Of a stretch of DNA of 31,256 bases, positions 1-9,900 are shown one piece after another (position 1 is the first letter of the stretch; the number at the start of each line of letters is the position of its first letter). The notes beneath the pieces were generated by a model, which was not told the DNA's origin, did no database searches, and worked only from the letters and a program-made list of their open reading frames with translations. The stretch comes from an uncultured Clostridia bacterium. Lineage in GTDB: Bacteria > Bacillota > Clostridia > Christensenellales > Borkfalkiaceae. Location: positions 1 through 31,256 of the forward strand of contig CAMAHZ010000001.1 of the NCBI GenBank assembly GCA_945834965.1, given 5' to 3'. The position numbers and the translations under genes are program-made.

Positions 1-3000
1 ATATGGGCGGACGGCAGCACGAAAGAGAAGAGCTACAAGGTCACCATAAATCAGGCAACCCTAATGTGGAAGTATAAGGACAGAACGACGACCGTAGACG
101 TTGCGGACGCATACAAGGAAGTCAAGTATACCGAAAGCCGAACGAATTACATAAGTAAAGTCTACGCCGAATGCGGCAATCTTTCGTATAACAAGTCGGG
201 CGACAGCTCTACTAAAGGCGTAACGATAATTAAAAACGGCGAAACGACGATAAAGAAAAACGTTATAGACTCCGGCACTTATACCTTTACGGTAGCGGAA
301 GAAGATATACCAAACTACAAAAACCCGACTTTTACTTTTAAAATTCTGCCTATGGAAATAGATATAGGCAAATCGGTAAATCTGAACTGGACGATTGACG
401 GTGCGGTCAACGAAAGTCTGGCAAACGGCGATATCTATTGCTATACGTATAACCGAAGGGGCAGCAATAAGGTTGAAAGCGCTTATACGACGCTAAAGCT
501 AAGCAAAGCCCCGTTCAACAACTGGGAAAACTGGGCGGAAAGCGAGAACGACAAGGCGTATTTAATTGAAGGTATAGCAGCTTATAAGGAAGATAAGACG
601 ACAAAAATTAAGCTCTATCGAGACAGCGGCTCTTTGCAATTGTACAACGCCGTATACAGTGGCGACTTCTCTGCTACTGAATCGGGAAAGTACGTTGCAA
701 AGGCAGTCATAACCCCCGTTGATAACTATGCGTTGACTTATACGCCGAGCGATAGTCCAAAAAATATGACGATTACGCCCCTTGAAGGCGGCGCGTATGA
801 AATAACCAAAACCTGGTACGTTGCGTATTTCGTCAACGAGTTCCTGTCTCAATCGAGTTTTGACGAGCAGGCAAAAACCGAATACACCTTCCCCCAGAAA
901 TGGACGTTCGGTTCGTTGACGGAAGAGATTACCGCCCCCTGCCTTGCGCACGGCGACGAAGTGAGAATGAGTCAGCTCGTGCCGGACTGCTACGCCAAGC
1001 TCGACAATAACAATTTCAACGGCTACGTGTTAGAGAACGTAACCGACCACGAAACCATACTTGAAATTATAGGGGCGGACGTCACCTACAGAGAAGGAAT
1101 GGAAGAGTGGGAAAGGGGTGAAAAGGATTTGGTTACCTTTTCAATAACGAGTTACGACGGCACTACCGTCTGCTTAGACGAGCCACGTTCAAAGCTTTCC
1201 TACTATGTAAACGGTTTTATGCCCGTGGGTAGATACACAATTACTTTTAAGGCGAAAAACGTAGGAATAAACGATAAACATCTCGACTGGTGGAACGGCA
1301 ACAAGGGCAGTAGCTGCGGTAACGAATACTTCGGTATAACTACTTCCTACGACTTTGAAGTCACGCCGCAAAAGCTAAATTATACAGACAATCTCAACTT
1401 CTATAACAAGGCGGACAAATCGCCTATCGCTATAAATTTAAACAATCTAACCAACAATCTCGACGCGTTTTTTGCGCTTGCGTACGACAGGATTGAGTAC
1501 GACGCAATCACTAAAGACGACGTCTTAAACAGCCAGACCTACTGGTCAACCGTTGTCGACGCCTTTTACGGCGACAAACTTGAACTTCGTTTTAAGCTAA
1601 AGGGCGGTGACGACGACGAATATTACTCAAAAGACAACGTAACCGTCTGGAACGACAAGATAAGTAAATACGCACCGGGAAGTTACTATCTGTACTATAC
1701 GGTCAACTTGCCGAACTACGTATCAGTTCCCAAAGAAACCGAATTAGAAAAATACTACTTCGAAGTAACGGTATATGAAGAAGTAGAGTTGCCGTATTTG
1801 CTATTAGATACTTTGCAATACACGGGTGAGCCCCGCACCGTACAGGTTGCGCAGATGGACCACCGCTATCAGGTTGCAGGCAATACCCGAGTGCCGATAG
1901 GCGAATACAAGGTAACGTTTACGTTAAGCAACCCCACGCTCAACCGCTGGAAGGGCGTTGAAGGCGCCGTCTACGAGCTGCCTTGGTCGATTGTCGACAA
2001 GCCCGTCAACGGCTGGGCGGAAGGCGGAGAATTGCACGTAGACGACTGGTTCTGGAACTCGTTCGACGGAGAAAATCACTTAATCACGGCAAAACCCGTC
2101 AGTGGCGAACCCGTATTCAGTATTTCAACGGATGAAGAAGGTAAAAACTTAATTGAAGGCTTACAGTCGTTTAAAACCGACAAGGCTGGGCATATACCGT
2201 ACGTTGAAGGCACTCGCCTTGCCGCCTTGACCGTAGGCGATTACTATTTGTGGGCGGAAATACCCGAGACGGATACTCACGCCCCGTTCATATCAACGGG
2301 CTATAAATTCAGCGTAAAATCGGCGGAAAACGGCTGGGTAAGTCAGCCTACGCTAAACAACTGGAAGTTGGGTGAAACGCCCGACCTGACCGCCGTAAAC
2401 GGTGCTTCGCCCATCTACGGTACGGCTGTGATTAAAATCGTGTCGGAATTTAATGAAGAGCAAATCTATTTTGACAGCGCAAGCGGTTTGAATAAAATTT
2501 CCGAAATGCCCGTAGGCAGGTATTACCTTGTGGCTACGGTCGAAGGCGACGCGGCTTGCTACGACGGAATAACGCAAAAGCAGTCGGTTTTGGTGCTTAG
2601 CGAAGCTTCGGACGAAACCTGGTTAATTCAGCCTGAAATAGCCAACTGGAAACACGGCGAAACGCCGTCGGTGCCGATTGCAATGTCTGTTGCGGCAGGC
2701 TCTACGGTGGAGTTTAGCTATTTAACCAAGAGCGGCAAACCGCTTGAAAGTCAGCCCACGGCAATAGGCGATTATATTCTCGTTGCGGTTGCGTACTCGC
2801 AGAGCGGCGAAGAGCTTGCACGCTCGCAATTCGCGTTTAAAATCACGGGTATAGACGGCGCGTTGATTGCGCTAATCGTCATAGTTGGCGCATTGCTGTT
2901 ACTTCTCGGCGGCGTAATTATCTTCATCGTGGTTAAAAATAAGCGCAATAAAGGCGGAAATAACGGCGGTGATAACGGCGGCGACGAGCCTAATGGCGGC

Positions 3001-3507
3001 GGTGAAAACGACAGTCCCGAAGACGGTGAAAATGCCGATACACCCCCGAATATGCCCGAACTAACGCAAAACTTACAACAGAATTCACTTGACCAAACTC
3101 AATTAAGTCAGGGCGTAATCACCCCCAAACCCACGGCAAAAAAGGTGCGTTCTGCGGTGCAAAAGGTAAGGTCGCAAAATACTAAAATAAGGTCGGCGAA
3201 CGCCAAGGTAAGGGCTAAAAAGCCCGACGGCGTTCAGCCTGTAGAAGATAGCGGTCAAATTTTAGAAAACGAAATTATGGACGAAATTCAGCCCGTAGTG
3301 GAAGAAGTTCAAACGCCCGTTGACGATAACCAAACGCCCGTAGTGGAAGAAATTCAACCTGTTGAAGAAATTCAATCTGCTGAAACGGAAATTGAAACGC
3401 CTGTTGAAGAAGTTCAGCCTGTGGAAGAAATTCAGCCCGTTGACAATAACCAAACGCCCGTAGACGACGATTTGGCTACGGACGAAAAGCAGCCGCCAAA
3501 GGAATAA
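1..3507 (+). CDS. 5'-truncated large cell-surface protein: Ig/MBG-like repeats, C-terminal TM anchor and long low-complexity cytoplasmic tail
   Basis: Frame +1 is open from base 1 (IWADGSTKEKSYKVTINQATL precedes the track's Met at 64), so the real start lies upstream of the window. It has repeated 'N.W...P.[LI].NW..GETP...G.Y.L.A' units (AENGWVSQPTLNNWKLGETP, DETWLIQPEIANWKHGETP) and a 'YTG...GEYKVTFTL...W.G' unit. A hydrophobic helix ALIALIVIVGALLLLLGGVIIFIVV (~2860-2934) is followed by KNKRNK. No LPxTG. Stop TAA 3505-3507. Confidence 0.85.
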   Translation: MWADGSTKEKSYKVTINQATLMWKYKDRTTTVDVADAYKEVKYTESRTNYISKVYAECGNLSYNKSGDSSTKGVTIIKNGETTIKKNVIDSGTYTFTVAEEDIPNYKNPTFTFKILPMEIDIGKSVNLNWTIDGAVNESLANGDIYCYTYNRRGSNKVESAYTTLKLSKAPFNNWENWAESENDKAYLIEGIAAYKEDKTTKIKLYRDSGSLQLYNAVYSGDFSATESGKYVAKAVITPVDNYALTYTPSDSPKNMTITPLEGGAYEITKTWYVAYFVNEFLSQSSFDEQAKTEYTFPQKWTFGSLTEEITAPCLAHGDEVRMSQLVPDCYAKLDNNNFNGYVLENVTDHETILEIIGADVTYREGMEEWERGEKDLVTFSITSYDGTTVCLDEPRSKLSYYVNGFMPVGRYTITFKAKNVGINDKHLDWWNGNKGSSCGNEYFGITTSYDFEVTPQKLNYTDNLNFYNKADKSPIAINLNNLTNNLDAFFALAYDRIEYDAITKDDVLNSQTYWSTVVDAFYGDKLELRFKLKGGDDDEYYSKDNVTVWNDKISKYAPGSYYLYYTVNLPNYVSVPKETELEKYYFEVTVYEEVELPYLLLDTLQYTGEPRTVQVAQMDHRYQVAGNTRVPIGEYKVTFTLSNPTLNRWKGVEGAVYELPWSIVDKPVNGWAEGGELHVDDWFWNSFDGENHLITAKPVSGEPVFSISTDEEGKNLIEGLQSFKTDKAGHIPYVEGTRLAALTVGDYYLWAEIPETDTHAPFISTGYKFSVKSAENGWVSQPTLNNWKLGETPDLTAVNGASPIYGTAVIKIVSEFNEEQIYFDSASGLNKISEMPVGRYYLVATVEGDAACYDGITQKQSVLVLSEASDETWLIQPEIANWKHGETPSVPIAMSVAAGSTVEFSYLTKSGKPLESQPTAIGDYILVAVAYSQSGEELARSQFAFKITGIDGALIALIVIVGALLLLLGGVIIFIVVKNKRNKGGNNGGDNGGDEPNGGGENDSPEDGENADTPPNMPELTQNLQQNSLDQTQLSQGVITPKPTAKKVRSAVQKVRSQNTKIRSANAKVRAKKPDGVQPVEDSGQILENEIMDEIQPVVEEVQTPVDDNQTPVVEEIQPVEEIQSAETEIETPVEEVQPVEEIQPVDNNQTPVDDDLATDEKQPPKE
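3136..3222 (+). repeat. 4 x 21-nt (7-aa) basic repeat in the ORF1 tail
   Basis: AKKVRSA/VQKVRSQ/NTKIRSA/NAKVRAK; the DNA units aaaggtgcgttct, aaaggtaaggtcg, taaaataaggtcg and caaggtaagggct recur at a 21-nt period. Confidence 0.75.
3286..3480 (+). repeat. Imperfect acidic tandem repeats (PVEE[IV]Q / PVDDNQT) in the ORF1 tail
   Basis: 3316-3343 (cccgttgacgataaccaaacgcccgtag) and 3436-3463 (cccgttgacaataaccaaacgcccgtag) match at 27/28 nt. Multiple g[tu]Ngaagaa[ag]ttca units lie between them. Confidence 0.85.
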
Positions 3508-3544
3508 TTCGCACCCCATATTTTAGGCTTTAAATAGATATTTT

Positions 3545-3582
3545 AACCGAGCTTGTAAGTCAATTTGCAGGCTCGGTTTTTT
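3545..3582 (+). terminator. Rho-independent terminator of ORF1
   Basis: Stem AACCGAGCTTGTAA / TTGCAGGCTCGGTT (14 bp with 2 G-U pairs), loop GTCAAT, T-run 3577-3582; 38 nt after the stop codon. Confidence 0.9.
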
Positions 3583-3771
3583 CGTGTGGGTAAGCCCTGT
3601 CCGCCAGTCTTCTCAGCCGCCCTATCGCCGATAGGTAAAATAAAATTTGCTTATACCAGCTATAAAAAAATATTATGGCAAATTTTTTAGTTAAAATTTA
3701 CAATGTTGCAAGTTAAAAATAACAATAATGAAAAAATTTGTCAAAATTATAAAATTTTTTTCACAAAGGGC

Positions 3772-3800
3772 TTGAAATATTGACAACGACACTATATAAT
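3772..3800 (+). promoter_or_regulatory. sigmaA/sigma70 promoter P1 of the giant gene
   Basis: TTGAAA (3772-3777), 17-bp spacer, TATAAT (3795-3800). The upstream DNA is very AT-rich (3661-3780 is ~17% GC by hand count), consistent with an UP element. Predicted TSS ~3807. Confidence 0.75.
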
Positions 3801-3806
3801 AAGGTT

Positions 3807-3963
3807 GTATAGGTGTACAGGTGTGCTCGTATACACTTTTTGCTATGCCGTCCGGACGGACGGTTTAGGCATACGCGCGCACACCCGTAAGCGTGCTATG
3901 CGTGTATGCGCAAGGCGCGTTCAAAAGGCAAAAATTTTCGGAATACAGAGTTTGTTTTAAAGT
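3807..3963 (+). promoter_or_regulatory. Structured GC-rich 5' leader (candidate cis-regulatory RNA, family unassigned)
   Basis: 3841-3920 is ~62% GC. Visible helices: 3837-3844/3927-3934, 3848-3853/3858-3863, 3869-3882/3893-3909 (GTAA in the loop), and competing pairings 3844-3849/3868-3873 and 3820-3826/3879-3885. Confidence 0.4.
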
Positions 3964-3969
3964 AGGTGA
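3964..3969 (+). promoter_or_regulatory. Ribosome-binding site of the giant gene
   Basis: AGGTGA 4 nt before ATG 3974. The ORF-track start at 3893 (GTG) has no RBS and sits inside the structured leader. Confidence 0.75.
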
Positions 3970-3973
3970 AACT

Positions 3974-6900
3974 ATGAAGAACAAAAAACTACATAAAGTC
4001 AATCAAAGCAATCAAGTAGATGCAGGGTTCACGCACGGTGAAACTATCCGTGCAGATATACGCCGCAAAAAGCTGTGGCGCATAGCTTTGTCCTGCGTTT
4101 TGTTTATAATCTTGGCGGCGTCGACCGTCTTAGGATTTGTCGGTTTAGGCGGCAAGTCCCCTTTAAACGATAGCTCAATCGACCAGTCGAACGACGTTGC
4201 ATACGCCGCCGACGAGATTTATTACAATACTACCTTAAACAGCAGTTATCCTGCAAGGACGGCGCAATATAGCGATTCTTATTATGCCAGCAAATGGAGA
4301 ACTGCCGTAAACAATAGCGGTACGTTCACGCTTGATAATGGCGACTGGGTTGCAACGCCTAAAGCAGGTGAAGAACACCCGATTATTTCCCACTACTACT
4401 ATAACAGTTCTAATTACACTTACGCTTCACGTTATTTTGATGGTATTTTCAGAACTGAATTCGGTAGGGATTGGACTGAAGTTGATATTGATAGTAACGG
4501 TACTATTGAAAAACAGTTTGTAAACACGAGAAATTCTAATCAAGCAAATTCATATAATGCGGCGTTTTACAATGACTTTGATATTGCGTCGAGCGGTGAT
4601 TACTTTGGCTTGTCTAAAAACTACTCTGGTGCGCTCTTCGTGCCTAAAGGCAAAAAAGTCACGATTAATTTAAACGGGCGTAAAATAGACCGTAACCTTG
4701 TTACCGCCCCCACGGGTTTTGACGATAACGGCAAAATTACCGGCGGTGGTCTCGGAAGGAGTATGTATAACGGCTACGTTATAAGGGTAGAAGGCGAGCT
4801 CGTAATTACGGGTACGGGTGCTATCACGGGCGGTTGGAGTGAAAGTGCTGCTTCTGGAATATACGTCACGAACGGTGGTAAGCTTACTATAACCGGCGAC
4901 GTGGATTTGTCAGGCAACTACGGCGGTTCGCCTATTTATGCGGACGGCACAGCAAGTGAATATTCGACCGTTACCATAGATGGTTCTGCTATTACCGACG
5001 GATTTGATTTTACGGGCATTTGTGCGTATGAAAAGCAAGAAAACGGTACGTATACAGGTAAGCCGTCCGTGACGACGACGTATAATTACAAAACTAGAGT
5101 CAATAATCAGTATACTTGGGCTGATACAAGCAACTACTCTGTTTCGTCCTGTGCCGTGCAGGTGTCGAGCTATGTAAAGCTCAATATGACAAAATGTAAT
5201 ATTACGAACAACTCGGGTGCTTACGGTGCCATATACGCAACTTCGTATTGCGATGTGGTGCTTAATGACGTAAATATAACGGACAACTATGGCAGTAGTT
5301 GCGGTGGTATTTATATAAGCGACCATAGCACACTAACGCCGACAAACGTAAAAATTAATAATAATACAGCAGGTTCGTACGGCGCGTTATATATTAGCGG
5401 CGGCTCGGGTTACGATACGATAGTTGACTTTGGCGCAGGGTGCGAAATTAAAAATAACACGGCGACAAGCGGTACCGGCGGCGGTTACGCCACCAGTTAC
5501 GTAACGTTAAGTTTTACGGGTTGCACTATTTCCGATAACACCGGTTACACGGTCGGCGGTATTTGCGTAGGTTCATACAGTACGCTGAATATGACCGACG
5601 CAAGCTTAACTAACTGTAAATCAACGTATCCGAGAGATTACGGTTACGTTGGCGGCGTCAACGTAAACACCAACTCGACTTTCAATTTCACAAACAGTAC
5701 TATAAGTGATTGCAGCGGCTTGGTCGGCGGCGTAACTGTTTATAACAGCAGTAGGTTCAATTTTATATCCGGTACTATCACGAAAAATAAGAGCGTAGGA
5801 ACCGGGGCGTCAGGAAGCGCCGTTGGCGGCGTATACGTGGGAAGCAGTTATTGCGTGATGACTATGGGTACGAACGATACCGATAGCTCGGACGACGACG
5901 ACTGTATCATAAGCTATAACGAAGGTCCCGTCGGCGGCGTAAGTATAACTTCTTACAGTACGTTCAATTTCGAAGGCGGACAGGTCGTAGGAAATAAGAA
6001 TACGGTAATTAGCAGTTCTTACGTAAACGTAGGCGGCATTTACTGCGAAACCAGTAACATGAATATGTCGGGCAACGCCTTAGTTTCGCTCAATAAGGGT
6101 ATTGTCGGCGGTATTTCGTTCTACGGTGTTTCTAGTAACGATTGGGGTTTCCTTAAAATTGACGGCGGCAGAATAACCCAAAATACTTCGCTTGCCAACA
6201 GTACGAATAATATTCCCGATTACGCTGTCGGCGGCATTTATTTGCTCTATTACTCAAAGACGACCATGAACGGCGGCGAAATTACTAACAACGTCGGCAG
6301 GTTGGCGGGTGTCTGCAACGTGAATTCCAGTTCGTTTACTATGAACGGCGGTAAAATTTCACGCAACCGTTGTAACTATTCGTACGACCTAAACAGTGTA
6401 GCCGGCGTTTATAACGACTCTACGTTTATAATGAACGGCGGCGAAATCAGCCATAACTACGCCCAGAACGATGATAAGTCGGAAATGCAATACGGCAGCG
6501 GCGGTATGGTGAACCGTGGTACTTTCACCATGAACGGCGGTACGATATCCAACAACGTCGGCTTAGGTAAGGTGCGCGGTGCAGGCGGTATCGGCTCTTC
6601 CGACGGTTCGGGCAACATCTATCTTCGCGGCGGCAAAATAGTAAACAATATCGGCTATATCTCGGGCGGTATATTTAAGTGCTATAATTCAGGCTTATAC
6701 GTTCAGGGTAATCCCGTAGTTAAGAATAACTACTACGTAGAAGAAACTTCTTACGATAACTATAGCACCGCAACTAAATATCCCAACGATATAGACTTAC
6801 ACTGCGGAAGAATTTTCCCCCAGTACGAAAATAGTCCTACGTTTAACTATAGGAATAATCTTATAGCGGTAGACGGTATGCTTAACAGCGGCGCAGAGTT

Positions 6901-9900
6901 GTACGTCGTAAAGTATCCCGATAACTACAGGACTGACGCACAAGGCTGTATAACGAGCGGTTACGGCACGTACAATTCACTATATCATCCTAACACGTTC
7001 TTCCATCCTTCGCAGTCCGATTTGTTCACGACTGATAAAAGGACAAACTCAAGCGGTGGAATAGAAGCGTCGCTGTATAGCTATGTCGACGCGCAAAACT
7101 GGTCGGACGCGGTAAGAAACAGCTCTACGGCAAATCCCTTGACGGTTACGCTTTACCACGACTGGACTGCAACCGACTGTACGTACGTTGCTTACAATAG
7201 TTATAATAAACGCCGTTTCAGGGCAATGTTCAACTATGAAACGGAGAGTAGCAACAATGGCTTCCATAACGGCGCGTTGCACGTTCCTGCAGGTTATTCC
7301 GTAATTTTAGACTTGAACGGGCATACCATAGACCGCGATTTAAGCGAGACCTTAAATAATAACATCGGCTACGTTATATATAATTTAGGTACGTTAGAAG
7401 TAACCGATTCAAGCTCCGGCGGCAACGGTAAGATTACCGGCGGTTACAATACTTATACAGGTCCCAGCGAATATAATGCATACGGCACCGGCGGCGGCGT
7501 ACTAACCGGCGGTAACGCAACGTTTACGCTTTCAGGCGGTAATATTACGGGCAACGTTGCAAACTACGGCGGCGGTATCTTTAACCATTACGGTACCGTT
7601 AATATCTTCGGCGGTAAGATATCCGATAACCGAGCAGTAGGGCTTACGGAAAACGCTTCCGACTTATCCGGTAGCGGCGGCGGTATATTCCATTATAATT
7701 ATAGGAATAGCGCAGCTACGCTCAATTTAATGGGCGGCGTAATTTCGGGCAACTCTGCAAAGCGTGGCGGCGGTGTAGAGCATTTCTCGTACGACGAAGG
7801 TAGCGGTCAAACCCTTAAGACCTATTTAACGGGTGACGCGTCAATCGTCAATAATACGGCGACAATCTCCGGCGGCGGTATCGACGTTTACAGACTTAAT
7901 ACCTACTTTGCTATGGGCGAACACCCCATAGTGGAAAGCAACACTTTAAACGGTAACCCCGACGATATTCACCTGCCTTCTACGTCTATTGCAGGCACGC
8001 CGAACGTAGACAACGGCTTAATTACAATCGTATCTACGTTAGACGGCAGTAAGTCCAAAAAGTACGGCATATATAGGGATATAGGCTATACTTTCACCGT
8101 CGATTTCAAGGTGAACAACCCTTCCGATTCCCCTGCGGATTACTTCGAAGCGCAGAAGGACGGCTACTACGTTTCCACCGACAGCGACGGCAATGGTCAG
8201 CTTATCTCTAACCACGGTAACGACAACTGGTTCAGCGCCGTTACTATGTCCAAAATTTTTGCCGCAAAGAAGTACACGGTCAAGCTTACCGAAAACTGGG
8301 AAGCGGTAGATAACGCTACCACCGACTTTGCAACTTCGCTCCACGGCAACGAGACTGTGGATAAGAGTACGTCAACGGCTAATCCTTATTGTTACGGTGC
8401 AATGAATGTTCCTACAGGGACGAGCATAATTCTCGACCTGAATGGTTACACCATCGACAGAATTTTAGCAAGGGGCGTAGGCGGCACTAAGTACGGCTAC
8501 GTAATTTCAATGCACGGCGGCACTCTGTCCATAAGGGATACGTCTGAAGATGGCAACGGTAAAATCACCGGCGGCTGGGTTGATAACGCTTTCAATACCT
8601 ACTACGGCGGCGGTATTTCGATGTTCAACGATGCCGACCGTTTGGATATCAGGGGCGGCTCGATAACGGGCAACAAATCTACGGGCGTATATAACAATAC
8701 TTCGCCTGTCGGCGTCGGCGGCGTTGCAGTTTGGGCGACCAAAGCACAGCTTACGATGGTAGGCGGCTCGATAAACGGCAATCTTGGCTCGTTTGCAGGC
8801 GGTATCGGCTTCAATGTGTTAACTGCAAACACCTTCAACCTTGGCGGCAGTGCAAAGGTTTACGACAACTTTAAGGGCGACAGAGAGACCGATTTCGGCG
8901 GCGGCGAACCTAACGACGTATACAATCCCGCGGCAACTTCGGGTACTACCGTTGCTCAAATGCAGGATACCAAAAACTTTAAGATAACTATAGTCAGCAA
9001 GTTCAACGACGACGCTCATATAGGTATTTGCCGTCCCGACGTAAACAACAGCCTTCTGGCAGAAACGAACGGTAACGTATTTACTACCAGCTATGCGCAG
9101 TACAACGTGGACGCAAGCGGCAACGTAATCGACCCTACCAAGTACTTCTTCCCGTCCGATTCTAACAGGTCGCACATTAAGACGTACGCTCCCCAGACGG
9201 GTGCCAACAAAGGTGCGGTAGAAGTTACTATCTGGAACGTCGACTTAGAGATGAACTGGTCAAACGCAATTGCTGCGAACGTAAATGCGCTTACAGGCTC
9301 TCCTATAACCGTAAAACTTGAGCACGACTGGATTGCAGACGATAACGGCTCGCTCGGTAAGGGTACCGGTTTCTCTACAAACGGCGCGCTTGAAATGGGG
9401 CAGAGTAATATAATACTCGACTTGAACGGCTACACCATAGACAGGCGTTTGTATAGTCTGGGCAAGAAACTTGCAAACGGCTACGTAATACAGATGTCCG
9501 GCACTTGCCGCCTTGAAATTATAGACAGTTCTGCGGCAAAAACCGGTAAAATTATGGGCGGTTATACCACGACCACCGGTCAGGCAGGCGGCATTAACAT
9601 CATTTCGGCAAACGCGTACCTTACCATAAACGGCGGTACTATAACCGAAAACAAGGGTTATGACGGCGGCGTTGCAACCTACGTTGAAAGCTCGTATAAG
9701 ACGACGAACTACTTTGCAATGGGCGGTTCTGCGCTCGTAGTCGGCAATAAGGACTTCTACGGCAAGACTAAGAATATCAATCTTCGTGCAAAGTATAATC
9801 AGTATATTACGTTGCTCTCAGCGCTCACTAAGGGCGGTATGGACGGCGAACAGAGCGGTGTCTATAAGGAAAGCTCTTCCGACTTTACTAAAAACTTCGG

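Noticed and set aside
3286-3480. CRISPR-like spaced repeat (28-nt near-duplicate 120 nt apart)
   Set aside because: Only two copies, in frame within a coding acidic repeat region, and no cas genes.
3780-3810. Alternative promoter using the perfect TTGACA at 3780
   Set aside because: It is only 9 bp from TATAAT 3795 and has no -10 at 16-18 bp. TTGAAA-17-TATAAT fits better.
3923-3960. c-di-GMP-I (GEMM) riboswitch suggested by GGCAAA in both leaders
   Set aside because: The GAAA-tetraloop P2, GxCGCAAAG junction and tetraloop receptor are not present.
3893-3973. ORF-track start of the giant gene at 3893
   Set aside because: GTG with no SD, inside the structured leader. ATG 3974 has AGGTGA at proper spacing and begins a plausible signal peptide.
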